Shown in pieces: positions 28,122 through 37,300 of a DNA stretch of 64,000 nt. The notes beneath the pieces are model-generated. The model made no database searches and had not been told where the DNA came from. It saw nothing but the letters and a program-made list of their open reading frames with translations. The DNA lies in the NCBI GenBank assembly GCA_964636965.1, contig CAZWST010000001.1:16302-80301 (forward strand), written 5' to 3'. This stretch comes from an uncultured Muribaculaceae bacterium (lineage in GTDB: Bacteria; Bacillota_I; Bacilli_A; RF39; UBA660). The first letter of the stretch is position 1. Each line of letters begins with the position of its first letter. Position numbers and translations under genes: made by a program.

Positions 28122-29018
28122 ATGGAATTTATAATAGACAGAAATACAATAAAAAGATATTTAAGTGATTATTTAGATTACTTAAGTGTTAGTGATAATA
28201 ATTTTAAAACTATATTTGTTGATGAAACAAATCCTGAAAGTACAAGAAATGTTGCGGCATGGTATAATCGTCATCCTGATACTGGAGAACATCGTATATT
28301 TTTAAATATGGTTAACTTAAATGCTTTATTTTATTATTTAAGTGAAGGTCATATAAGTGTTGATCAGTTTTTTGCTGTATTAACTTTGATGGCTGGAAAT
28401 GAGTATCGTCATTTTGAAGAAGGTAGATGCATGTGGGATGGAGTTTCTAAAGAAGGCTTTACCGAACAAGATGGTTTAGAAACTCAAATGGTATTATATA
28501 TTAAATATTTCTTTGATATTTATTATAGAAGGAATAAAGGTTATTTAAAATTTGAAGAAGACGCAGTATTATTTTCAATAAAAAATGGAATAGATTATAT
28601 AAAGAATAGATTTCCAAATGTTGATGCAGAAAAAGCAATATTAGATGCTGTTAATTTCTTAGGTTCATTAAATGGAAAGATAGAATCAGTTGGAGCAACT
28701 TATCCATATCACTCAGAATCTTTAGAAGAATTAATTCAAGAATTAAATTCAAGAATTGAAAAAAATTATCGTCATCCATGGCTACCAGCTACTCTAAGAG
28801 CATCAAGTATTGAGAGATTAGACTTACAAGCTGAATATGGAATAGACTATGAAGCTCTTATGACAGATGAATTTATTTATGGTTATAAGGATATAAATGA
28901 CGGCTATAATAAAGATTTATATGTTGTTAAAAGACTACTTGATATGGTTAATGATAAAGAAAAGTCTTTGATGGAATTTAATATACTTAAGGCTAAATAT
29001 TTAGGAAAGAAACTATAG
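28122..29018 (+). CDS. Hypothetical protein
   Basis: 298-aa ORF with RBS GGGGGA; no motif recognised. Confidence 0.6.
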   Translation: MEFIIDRNTIKRYLSDYLDYLSVSDNNFKTIFVDETNPESTRNVAAWYNRHPDTGEHRIFLNMVNLNALFYYLSEGHISVDQFFAVLTLMAGNEYRHFEEGRCMWDGVSKEGFTEQDGLETQMVLYIKYFFDIYYRRNKGYLKFEEDAVLFSIKNGIDYIKNRFPNVDAEKAILDAVNFLGSLNGKIESVGATYPYHSESLEELIQELNSRIEKNYRHPWLPATLRASSIERLDLQAEYGIDYEALMTDEFIYGYKDINDGYNKDLYVVKRLLDMVNDKEKSLMEFNILKAKYLGKKL

Positions 29019-29062
29019 TTTCTTTTTTTATGTTATAATAAGCTATAGAAAGAGGGATATTT

Positions 29063-29800
29063 ATGGATGAAAAAGTTGCATTAGTTACAGGAGGAACATC
29101 GGGTATTGGAAAACAAATTGTTAAAAGTTTGTTAGAAAGTGGATGCTTTGTTTTTGTTAATTATGGACATAATCAAGAACAGGCAAATGAGGCAAAAATA
29201 GAATTTGATAAGATAAGTAATAAGTATAAATGCTTAAAAGCTGATATTAGTAATGAAGAAGAAGTATATAAAATGATGATTCAAATAAAAGAAAAATTTG
29301 GGCGTCTTGATTATCTTGTTAATAATGCTGGCACTAATGTTGATGCCTTTATTGAAAATGCTGATATGGTTGAGTATAAACATGTAATTGATGTTAACTT
29401 AATTGGTAAAGTTATGGTTACTAAATATGCAATTCCTTTACTTAAGAATGGAGATTATGCAAGTATTGTAAATATCTCATCAAGACTTGGTAGTATGCCT
29501 TGCACTGAAGCGAGTGCTTATTGTGCAGCAGCAGCTGGAATAATTAATTTTACTAAATCAGCTGCTTTAGAACTAGCTTCAAATAAAATAAGAGTTAATG
29601 CAGTGAGCCCTAGTTTAACTATCACTCCTCTTGCATTAAGTGGTTGGACTGATGAAGAAATTGAAGAACAAAAGAATAATAACCCTCTTAAGAGACTTGG
29701 AGAAACTGATGATATAGCAAATGTCGTATTATTCTTATTGTCGGATAAAGCAAGTTATATTAATGGACAAAATATTAATGTTAATGGTGGCTCATTTTAA
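29063..29800 (+). CDS. Short-chain dehydrogenase/reductase family protein (FabG-like) with YxxxA instead of YxxxK
   Basis: ALVTGGTSGIGK, NNAG, NISS, AYCAAAAGIINFTKS (cf NYAASKAGVIGFTKS). Confidence 0.75.
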   Translation: MDEKVALVTGGTSGIGKQIVKSLLESGCFVFVNYGHNQEQANEAKIEFDKISNKYKCLKADISNEEEVYKMMIQIKEKFGRLDYLVNNAGTNVDAFIENADMVEYKHVIDVNLIGKVMVTKYAIPLLKNGDYASIVNISSRLGSMPCTEASAYCAAAAGIINFTKSAALELASNKIRVNAVSPSLTITPLALSGWTDEEIEEQKNNNPLKRLGETDDIANVVLFLLSDKASYINGQNINVNGGSF

Positions 29801-29839
29801 AATTAATATTTAACTTTATTTTTTCTAGTTAAAAGTAAA

Positions 29840-29871
29840 AAAATGCAATTTAATTTGCATTTTCTTTTTTT
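29840..29871. terminator. Bidirectional terminator
   Basis: AAAATGCAA / TTGCATTTT stem with flanking A and T runs. Confidence 0.65.
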
Positions 29872-30416
29872 ATTAAATAGGTTTCAATTTCTTTCCAGTT
29901 GTTAACTCTAACTATATTTTGACATTTTAACTCATCATCGCTTATCTCATCATTGTGGTAGGCTGTATAAAGTAATTTAGTACTAGCATTTTCTAAGTTA
30001 GATATTTTATCATCTATTTTTATGTCACAGTTAATAAGTGATTTATTACAAGAAAATATAAAGTTTCTTGGATTTATAAAGTCTAATTCTTTATAGAGAT
30101 ATTCGTATTTATTTTTTAGATTATTTCCAGCGTACTCGATAATTTCTTGCCATATATAATCTGTTACTATATATATTTCATAAGTCTTACTTAAATTTTT
30201 TAAAACAGAGTAGGCATCTTTTATTAAAGCTACATCTTTATACATATTCATATCTTTAAATTTATTAAAGAAGTCATCTTTTTTATCACCTAAAGCATTT
30301 TGAGTATAATAACCTGTTTTTTTATAATCTGGTTTATAACCTAAGTAGTCTTCTAGTATTTTACCGAAAGATCCATAGACTAAGACGTCATCCATATCAA
30401 CCATTATTGTTTTCAT
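29850..30416 (-). CDS. 5'(3')-deoxyribonucleotidase-like HAD phosphatase (NT5C family)
   Basis: MKTIMVDMDDVLV motif I; ATG shares one base with the TAA of the upstream Nudix gene. Confidence 0.55.
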   Translation of the reverse strand: MKTIMVDMDDVLVYGSFGKILEDYLGYKPDYKKTGYYTQNALGDKKDDFFNKFKDMNMYKDVALIKDAYSVLKNLSKTYEIYIVTDYIWQEIIEYAGNNLKNKYEYLYKELDFINPRNFIFSCNKSLINCDIKIDDKISNLENASTKLLYTAYHNDEISDDELKCQNIVRVNNWKEIETYLIKKENAN

Positions 30417-30877
30417 TATATCTCCCTTATCTCGTAATCTAATACCTTGCATTTACTATCGAGTTTGAATTTTCCTTCAAAAAGATTTTCCTTAAATAGG
30501 TATGGTGTAAATATACGATTTTGATCAAATTGATTTGTTTTATTTAAGGAATCTATATCAATCCATTCAAGAGTTCCTTCTTCACAAACTCTTTTTAATT
30601 TTCCTTTATAACTGTCAGCAACAAAGACAAATATTATTCCTTCTGCTTCATCATGCCAGTATGAATACCCTTGTAATTTAGGATTTACTAGACTTAGATT
30701 TGTCTCTTCTTTAAATTCACGTATAATGCAATCAAGAGGTGATTCACCACTTTCAAATTTGCCTCCAGGAGGAGCATATACTTGTCCCCATTTTTCTTTA
30801 TATTTAATCATTAATACTTTATTATTTTCTTTTAAATAACATACACAGGCATTTAAGTGTTTAATTCTTTCTTTCAT
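30416..30877 (-). CDS. MutT-type Nudix hydrolase
   Basis: Canonical box GGKFESGESPLDCIIREFKEETNL. Confidence 0.8.
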   Translation of the reverse strand: MKERIKHLNACVCYLKENNKVLMIKYKEKWGQVYAPPGGKFESGESPLDCIIREFKEETNLSLVNPKLQGYSYWHDEAEGIIFVFVADSYKGKLKRVCEEGTLEWIDIDSLNKTNQFDQNRIFTPYLFKENLFEGKFKLDSKCKVLDYEIREI

Positions 30878-30982
30878 AAAATCACCTTTTTCTTATTATA
30901 ATATAATTTATCATTGGGTTAAAGAAATAATTTTAATTTATAACAAAGACTTTTCTTTGTTATAATATAGATAGGTGATAAT

Positions 30983-31279
30983 ATGGAAATAATAACAATG
31001 TGTGGTAGTTTAAAGTTTAAAGATGAAATGATGAGGCTAGCTATAGAGTTAGAACTTCAAGGAAAATGTGTTCTAAGTGTAATTTATCCGATAAATGAAG
31101 ATAAAGATGCATTCACTAAAGAAGAACTAAACTTGTTAAGACTTGCTCATAAAAAGAGAATTGATATAAGTGACGCTATATATGTAGTAAATGTTAATGG
31201 CTATATTGGCTCATCTACACAAGATGAAATAGATTACGCGATTTCTCAAAAAAAAGATGTCTATTATTTAGAGAACTAG
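30983..31279 (+). CDS. Small nucleoside 2-deoxyribosyltransferase-fold-like protein
   Basis: 98 aa; ITMCGSLKF and SDAIYVVNVNGYIGSSTQDEIDYAISQKKDVYYL fit the Ndt/Rcl-like pattern. Confidence 0.35.
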   Translation: MEIITMCGSLKFKDEMMRLAIELELQGKCVLSVIYPINEDKDAFTKEELNLLRLAHKKRIDISDAIYVVNVNGYIGSSTQDEIDYAISQKKDVYYLEN

Positions 31280-31305
31280 AACATACTTGAATGTTCTAGT
31301 TTTTA
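31274..31305 (+). terminator. Rho-independent terminator
   Basis: AACTAGAACAT / ATGTTCTAGTT stem then T run. Confidence 0.75.
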
Positions 31306-31401
31306 ATTGTTATAACTATTCTGATATAACCTATATAAATTTATTGTATTTTATTTTTTACCATTAATTGTCTTAGTATTATTGTAGGGAGATGATAAAA
31401 A

Positions 31402-32430
31402 ATGAAAACAATTGGTTTGTTTAGAGACAGCAAAGATGGTTCATTAAAAAGAGTTTTTGAAACGGAAGAGGGGAATATTATTGAAGCAACTTTACTTTTT
31501 AATCGAGAAAGTAAAGATGTTCTTTGTGCACCGACGCATTACTTTTGTAGCTTAGGATGTAAAATGTGTCATTTAACTAATAGCAAGGTTAAAAGACCAA
31601 TGATGATAATTAAGGGAGATGAATTACTTGAGTGTTTAATTTCTTCACTTACAATTGATCACGAGCGTATAACAGATAAAGAAAACTTATTAATATCTTT
31701 TATGGGTGTTGGGGAACCACTACTTAATTTAGAATTAATTGAATATGTTAAAAGTTGTGAAGAGTATTTAAAGAAACGTTTAGGCTATAAACATATAGGT
31801 TATGCAGTATCGACAATGATGCCTAATGATAATGTATTAAAACTTGCAAGTTTAGCAAATGAAAAATCTATTCCTTTAAAGGTGCATTTTTCTATGCATA
31901 CACCAGATAATGAGAAAAGATTTAATCTTATTCCAATGACTAAAGTAAGTGTTGAAGATGCAATTAATTATTTAAGCTACTATAGAAGTGTTTTATCAAA
32001 TAATAAAGAAGTTATGGATGAATTTGTTAATAATCATCGTACTAATGATACAGTTGAAATACATTATACTTTAATAGATGGTGTAAATGATTCATTAGAA
32101 GAATTAAATAGGTTGTGTGAATTATTAAAGGATTCAAAGATTACGATTAAATTTATAAGGTTTAATCCAATTAATGGAATGGTTCCAAGTCGTAATGAAA
32201 AATTATGGGTTGATACTTTAAAAAAAGAGATACCAGATTTAAGAGTAAAGGTATATTCTCCTCCAGGAAGAGAGATTGGAAGTTCTTGTGGTGAGTTTAC
32301 AAAGCATTACTACCATGAAGAAATTGAAACAGAAGAAGAATATAAGGAATTTTTAGAATGGAAAGAAAAGTTTGAAGTAAAGGATGTTAACACAATTAAA
32401 AAATTACTAGTCAAAAATACTCAAAAATAA
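31402..32430 (+). CDS. RlmN/Cfr-family radical SAM methyl synthase homolog lacking the N-terminal domain
   Basis: LCAPTHYFCSLGCKMCHL (CX3CX2C plus upstream Cys), FMGVGEPL, IGSSCGEF (cf ACGQL); acidic C-terminal extension. Confidence 0.65.
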   Translation: MKTIGLFRDSKDGSLKRVFETEEGNIIEATLLFNRESKDVLCAPTHYFCSLGCKMCHLTNSKVKRPMMIIKGDELLECLISSLTIDHERITDKENLLISFMGVGEPLLNLELIEYVKSCEEYLKKRLGYKHIGYAVSTMMPNDNVLKLASLANEKSIPLKVHFSMHTPDNEKRFNLIPMTKVSVEDAINYLSYYRSVLSNNKEVMDEFVNNHRTNDTVEIHYTLIDGVNDSLEELNRLCELLKDSKITIKFIRFNPINGMVPSRNEKLWVDTLKKEIPDLRVKVYSPPGREIGSSCGEFTKHYYHEEIETEEEYKEFLEWKEKFEVKDVNTIKKLLVKNTQK

Positions 32431-32454
32431 TGTATAATATTTATAGGTGAGTAT

Positions 32455-34320
32455 ATGAAAAAAAGAGTTAATTTATTATTTATGGTTGTACTAACATTGA
32501 TTATTAGTTTTTATTCTTTAAGTGTTTATGCAGAGGATGATCAAAATAGTTATGGTTATAAAATTGAGAAATACGATGTTTCCATAAATGTAAAAAAGAA
32601 TAATATTTTAGAAATAAAAGAAACAATAACTGCAAATTTTATTTCACCAAGACATGGAATAATTAGAAAGATACCTTTAAAAAATACAGTTATAAGAAAT
32701 GATGGTAGTACTACTAAAAATAGTGTTAGGTTAACTGATTTAAATGTAAGTGAAACTTATAGCGTTAGTAATAGTTCAGGATATAAATCTATTAAAATAG
32801 GTGATGCTGATGAAACTATTACAGGGTTACATGAATATGTTATAAGTTATAATTATAACTTAGGTAAAGATCCAAATAAAAAATATGATGAATTATATTT
32901 TAATATTATAGGTACTGAATGGGATACAGAGATAAATAATGTTACTTTTACAGTTAATATGCCTGATGAATTTGATCAAAGTAAATTAGGCTTTTCAACA
33001 GGTAAATATGGGCATTCAGGACATGATAATGTTATTTATTATGTTGATGAAAATAAGATAAGTGGTTCTGTAGTTGGAAAGTTAGGAATAGGGGAGGGAT
33101 TAAATATTAGATGTGAACTTCCCGATGGTTATTTTGTTGATGCAGGTATTAGTTTACCTTTACTATTTCCTTTAATGTTTATAATACCTTTAGTTGGAGC
33201 TGTATGTGCATATCTTTTATGGAATAAGTATGGTAAAGATGACGTGGTAATTGAGACTGTTGAATTTTATCCACCAAATGATTGCAATAGTGCAGAAGCA
33301 GCCTTCTTTTATAAATCAAGTTTATCAAGTAATGATGCTAATTCACTTTTAATATATTTAGCTAGTAAAGGTTATTTAAAGATTGTTGAAGAAGATAAGA
33401 AACATTATAGAATAGAAAAATTAAAAGACTATGATGGTAATAAAGATAGTGAAAGAATATTTATGGAAGGTTTATTTGCATCCAAAAATGTTGTTACTAA
33501 AGATGATTTATATGATAAATTCTATAAAACTATTGAAAAGGTTAGAGTAAATGTTGATAATGTTAAGACAAGGGCTATGATATATGATAAAAAAGCTTCT
33601 TCTATGATTGGTATATCTGCATTAATAGCTTTTATTTCACTAGTTGTAACAGTAATGGTTCCGACTTTAGACTTTGGAACATTTGAAGATTTATTTCCAT
33701 CTATTTTCTTTGGATGTGCGTTAACATTATTCTTAGCGTTAGATTTATTTGCACTTGTTGCTCCACTCATTCTAAGAATTGTTTTAGCAGTTCCTATTGT
33801 GGTTATTGCTTCGTTATTTATATCAGCATCAGAATCTCCAATTTATTATTCTGCCTTATCTAATAAATTAATGTTATTTGCAATAATATTTGGATTAATT
33901 ATGACATTGGTAATATGTTTCTTTGTAAGATATATGAATAAAAGAACTCCATATGGAAATGAAATGTATGGACGTATTAAGGGATTTAGGAACTTCCTAT
34001 TAACTGCTGAAAAGGAAAAATTAGAAGCTTTAGTAGAAGATGATCCAAGTTATTTTTATAATATTCTTCCATTTACTTATGCTCTAGGTTTATCTGATAA
34101 ATGGATTAAGAAATTTGAAGATATTACTATTTCTGAACCTGATTGGTATGAGGGGCGTGATACATTTACTATGAGACATTTAGATCACTTCCTTTTATCA
34201 ACTATGAGTTCATCTATCGATAGAGTAGTTGAAACTAGTAGCAGTTCTTCAGGAGGAGGATTCTCTGGAGGAGGATTTTCTGGAGGCGGTTCTGGTGGTG
34301 GAGGCGGCTCAAGCTGGTAA
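32455..34320 (+). CDS. DUF2207-like membrane protein with Gly-rich C-terminal tail
   Basis: Signal peptide, extracytoplasmic domain, several TMs, tail SSSSSGGGFSGGGFSGGGSGGGGGSSW. Confidence 0.6.
   Translation: MKKRVNLLFMVVLTLIISFYSLSVYAEDDQNSYGYKIEKYDVSINVKKNNILEIKETITANFISPRHGIIRKIPLKNTVIRNDGSTTKNSVRLTDLNVSETYSVSNSSGYKSIKIGDADETITGLHEYVISYNYNLGKDPNKKYDELYFNIIGTEWDTEINNVTFTVNMPDEFDQSKLGFSTGKYGHSGHDNVIYYVDENKISGSVVGKLGIGEGLNIRCELPDGYFVDAGISLPLLFPLMFIIPLVGAVCAYLLWNKYGKDDVVIETVEFYPPNDCNSAEAAFFYKSSLSSNDANSLLIYLASKGYLKIVEEDKKHYRIEKLKDYDGNKDSERIFMEGLFASKNVVTKDDLYDKFYKTIEKVRVNVDNVKTRAMIYDKKASSMIGISALIAFISLVVTVMVPTLDFGTFEDLFPSIFFGCALTLFLALDLFALVAPLILRIVLAVPIVVIASLFISASESPIYYSALSNKLMLFAIIFGLIMTLVICFFVRYMNKRTPYGNEMYGRIKGFRNFLLTAEKEKLEALVEDDPSYFYNILPFTYALGLSDKWIKKFEDITISEPDWYEGRDTFTMRHLDHFLLSTMSSSIDRVVETSSSSSGGGFSGGGFSGGGSGGGGGSSW
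34252..34311 (+). repeat. Short coding tandem repeat (15-nt GGAGGAGGATTYTCT x2 plus degenerate copies)
   Basis: ggaggaggattctct ggaggaggattttct ggaggcggttct ggtggtggaggcggc encodes the GGGFS repeats. Confidence 0.6.
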
Positions 34321-34382
34321 AGAGATTATTTAATCTCTTTTTTACCTTTTCAAGATTATTAATGCAGAAAGTGTGAGTATTA

Positions 34383-35018
34383 GTGAAGAACTTAATTAAG
34401 TATTATTCTTTATTTATGGCTATATTATTATTCTTGAATAATATCTTTTTTGAATCCTTAAGCATAAAGGGTATAGTTTACAAAATTATTATTGGTTTTT
34501 TAATTATTATAAACATATTTATGCTAATAAAATATGGTAATAGTATTAAATACAAGAAAGTATCTTTAGTAATACTCTTACCCTTAATAATTACAGCTAA
34601 AAATATTCTTAATTTATATTTTATTTTAACTTTTATATTAGTATTATTAATAATAGGTTTTAAGGAAAGCATATTCATTAAATGTGTATCTATTTGTATT
34701 TTAATGATTTGTCTTCTTTTCTATTATCCACTTCTTTTTGTCTTTATGTTTACTTTTGGTGATTCTTCTTTGGATGAAAATAAACTTGAGAGTAAAATTT
34801 ATGAAGATAATCATTATTTATGTAATAACAATACGGAAGTATTTGTTGCATCTAGTGGAGCATTTGATAAATTTCATTATTATGAGGGTAAGTATTATAA
34901 AATATTTAATATCGATGATATAATAAATATAAATATTAGATTTAATCATGAGATAAGTATGGAAAGGTATGAAGAAGTACTTAAAACTAATACATGTGTT
35001 TTAGATAAAGACAAATAA
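34383..35018 (+). CDS. Polytopic membrane protein, hypothetical
   Basis: GTG start; 4-5 hydrophobic helices then a soluble C-terminal domain. Confidence 0.55.
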   Translation: MKNLIKYYSLFMAILLFLNNIFFESLSIKGIVYKIIIGFLIIINIFMLIKYGNSIKYKKVSLVILLPLIITAKNILNLYFILTFILVLLIIGFKESIFIKCVSICILMICLLFYYPLLFVFMFTFGDSSLDENKLESKIYEDNHYLCNNNTEVFVASSGAFDKFHYYEGKYYKIFNIDDIININIRFNHEISMERYEEVLKTNTCVLDKDK

Positions 35019-35054
35019 GTATATATTAAATATAATTTATAAAGGAGGTTAAGT

Positions 35055-35909
35055 ATGTTTATACCAAATAATCAGTATTATGTTAATGCTTTAATACATG
35101 GAATACCAGATGATAGACTTCGATTTTTTAGAACGAAGTTTGACAACGTAAGTGTTGATCATGTTTCATCCGAACCAGGAGTTGCTGCAATATCTAGAAG
35201 ACAAATGGAAGAACTAAACTTGAGAGTTAATGAAATTATTCAAGGATATAATAATTTAATGGGTTCATCAGTTATTTCAAAAGAGCAAAGAGATTTATCT
35301 AAAGTAATCTATATTTATAATTATATGTTAGCAAATGTTATGTATACTCAGTGTGAATTTGCAGGAAATACTAGTAATGTATTTGGAGGACAACCTTATA
35401 AAAATTCTGCCTATGGTGCTTTAGTGCTTCATGATGCTGTTTGTTCTGGCATGAGTGATGCAATTGATTGCTTATGTAAGGTAATGAGAGTTGAATCAAC
35501 TAAGTTACTTGCTGTTCCAAGTGATCCATGGGGTGGAGGACATGCTTTTAATACAGTAAAAATAGGATATAAATGGTATAAGTTAGATGTTGCTTCTGAG
35601 ATTGGTTTAAATCCTGGCCATAAAATTCGAGGTGGAAGGTGGAAGGATAGAAATTTTCTTACTCCTTTTAGTGAATCTAATGTTAGGGCTTGTGTTCCAA
35701 GTGTTCCTAACTGTATGGACACTTATCCGAGAGAAAACATTTTAAGAATGATTAAGGCATTAGAAACAAGAGGTTTAAAGTTTGAATACCTTGATTTAGA
35801 TGAAAATAGAGATGAGACTACCCAAAATAATTTTAAAATTCTAAGTAGAAGAGTGGAAGAAATACAAAGATTACCTAAGTCTCTTTGGAAAGAAAACAAT
35901 ACTCAATAA
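35055..35909 (+). CDS. Transglutaminase-like cysteine peptidase-fold protein
   Basis: HDAVCSGMSDAIDCL (Cys), GGGHAFNTVKI (His), WYKLDVASE (Asp). Confidence 0.6.
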   Translation: MFIPNNQYYVNALIHGIPDDRLRFFRTKFDNVSVDHVSSEPGVAAISRRQMEELNLRVNEIIQGYNNLMGSSVISKEQRDLSKVIYIYNYMLANVMYTQCEFAGNTSNVFGGQPYKNSAYGALVLHDAVCSGMSDAIDCLCKVMRVESTKLLAVPSDPWGGGHAFNTVKIGYKWYKLDVASEIGLNPGHKIRGGRWKDRNFLTPFSESNVRACVPSVPNCMDTYPRENILRMIKALETRGLKFEYLDLDENRDETTQNNFKILSRRVEEIQRLPKSLWKENNTQ

Positions 35910-35952
35910 AAGGGTGAATGAATATTTTTAAGAAGATAAGAGAAAAATATGC

Positions 35953-36366
35953 ATGAATATTAAAATAATTGAAGATAAAATAAGTGTGGAAGAATTTAAT
36001 TTTTTATATAACTCGGTAGGATGGGGAACAATAAACTTTGATGTGATAAAAGTGGCATTAAATAATACATTATATTCAGTTACTTTATATGATGAAGATA
36101 AGCTAATTGGTTTTGGACGTATTATAGGGGATAAAACTATGTTTTTATATATTCAAGATATAATGGTAATTCCTTCGTATCAAGGTAAGAAAATTGGAAC
36201 AGAAATAATGAATAAGTTACTTGATAAGGTTATGGAGTATAAAACTATAAATCCAAGCATTAGAACTTATTTAGGAGCATCTTTAGGAAAGGAAGAATTT
36301 TATAAAAAATTTGGATTTTCTACAAGAAAAGATGCTTCCTTAGGTGAAGGTATGGTTTTGTTTTAA
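35953..36366 (+). CDS. GNAT family N-acetyltransferase
   Basis: VIPSYQGKKIGTEIMNKL acetyl-CoA binding motif. Confidence 0.8.
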   Translation: MNIKIIEDKISVEEFNFLYNSVGWGTINFDVIKVALNNTLYSVTLYDEDKLIGFGRIIGDKTMFLYIQDIMVIPSYQGKKIGTEIMNKLLDKVMEYKTINPSIRTYLGASLGKEEFYKKFGFSTRKDASLGEGMVLF

Positions 36367-36406
36367 CTTCTATGATAAAATAAATAAGTAGAGAAGAGGC
36401 ATATTT

Positions 36407-37300
36407 ATGAAAAATTATTATATTGATTTAGGTTCATCAACGATTAAAGTTTATGAGTATTTAGAATCTTTAGTGTTACTTGAAGAACATTCTATATATT
36501 TTAAAAACGACTTTGATGCTTATAAAGGGATAAGTGATGATAATTTAAAGGAATTATGTGAATACTTTAGCGAGTTACAAAAAAAGTATGATTTAAAATA
36601 CTATAATACTAATATATTTGTTACTGGTATATTTAGGAATTTAATTCAAGAGAAAAAACAAGAATTAGTAAAACTATTTAATGATAAGTTTGACTTACAT
36701 TTCAATATTATAAGTCATGGTATTGAAAACTATTATTTAGCTAAAGCTATGGAAAATGATTATAATGGTAAAAAAGTTTTAATCATTAATATGGGTGGTA
36801 AGACAACTGAACTCGTTACATTTGTTGGACGTGATGTAGTTTCAACTACTAATTTAAATATAGGTGTTGCCGATTTACTTAATAATTTTTCAAGAGTAAA
36901 TGAAGAGGTGAGTGGTAATACAGTAGAAGAGATGGAAGCATTTGTTTTTGATAAGCTAAAAGATTTAGATTTAGATAAAGACTATGATGTTGCTATATTT
37001 ACTGGTGGAGAAGAAAGATTTGAATTACTTACTTCATTTAACTTAGTAAAAAATACTTTATTTGATGATGGAATTCATAAATATATGGTTAGTTTAGAAG
37101 ATTATATTAAGGGAACTGAAAAAGTATTTAATGATATTACTATGGAAGAACTATATAAACTAATGCCACAAAATCCTAAATGGATGGATGGAGCAAGGAG
37201 TGGTGCAATTATTCCACTTTGCTTATTTAAATTAGCTAATGTTTCATGGATTATTCCATCTGATTTAAATTTAATCAATGGAGTAATAAATGACTTATAA
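36407..37300 (+). CDS. ASKHA-fold (Ppx/GppA-like) ATPase domain protein
   Basis: YYIDLGSSTIKVY and INMGGKTTELV phosphate-binding motifs. Confidence 0.5.
   Translation: MKNYYIDLGSSTIKVYEYLESLVLLEEHSIYFKNDFDAYKGISDDNLKELCEYFSELQKKYDLKYYNTNIFVTGIFRNLIQEKKQELVKLFNDKFDLHFNIISHGIENYYLAKAMENDYNGKKVLIINMGGKTTELVTFVGRDVVSTTNLNIGVADLLNNFSRVNEEVSGNTVEEMEAFVFDKLKDLDLDKDYDVAIFTGGEERFELLTSFNLVKNTLFDDGIHKYMVSLEDYIKGTEKVFNDITMEELYKLMPQNPKWMDGARSGAIIPLCLFKLANVSWIIPSDLNLINGVINDL

Noticed and set aside
31402-32430. Calling the radical SAM gene a cfr antibiotic-resistance determinant
   Set aside because: Only family-level motifs are visible, the N-terminal domain is missing, and no resistance context is present. 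The substrate cannot be inferred.
33522-35722. Antisense or alternative-frame ORFs 33522..33770, 34478..34678, 34738..34923 and 35429..35722
   Set aside because: They overlap well-supported genes. The 35429..35722 frame probably stays open only because this gene is somewhat less AT-rich.
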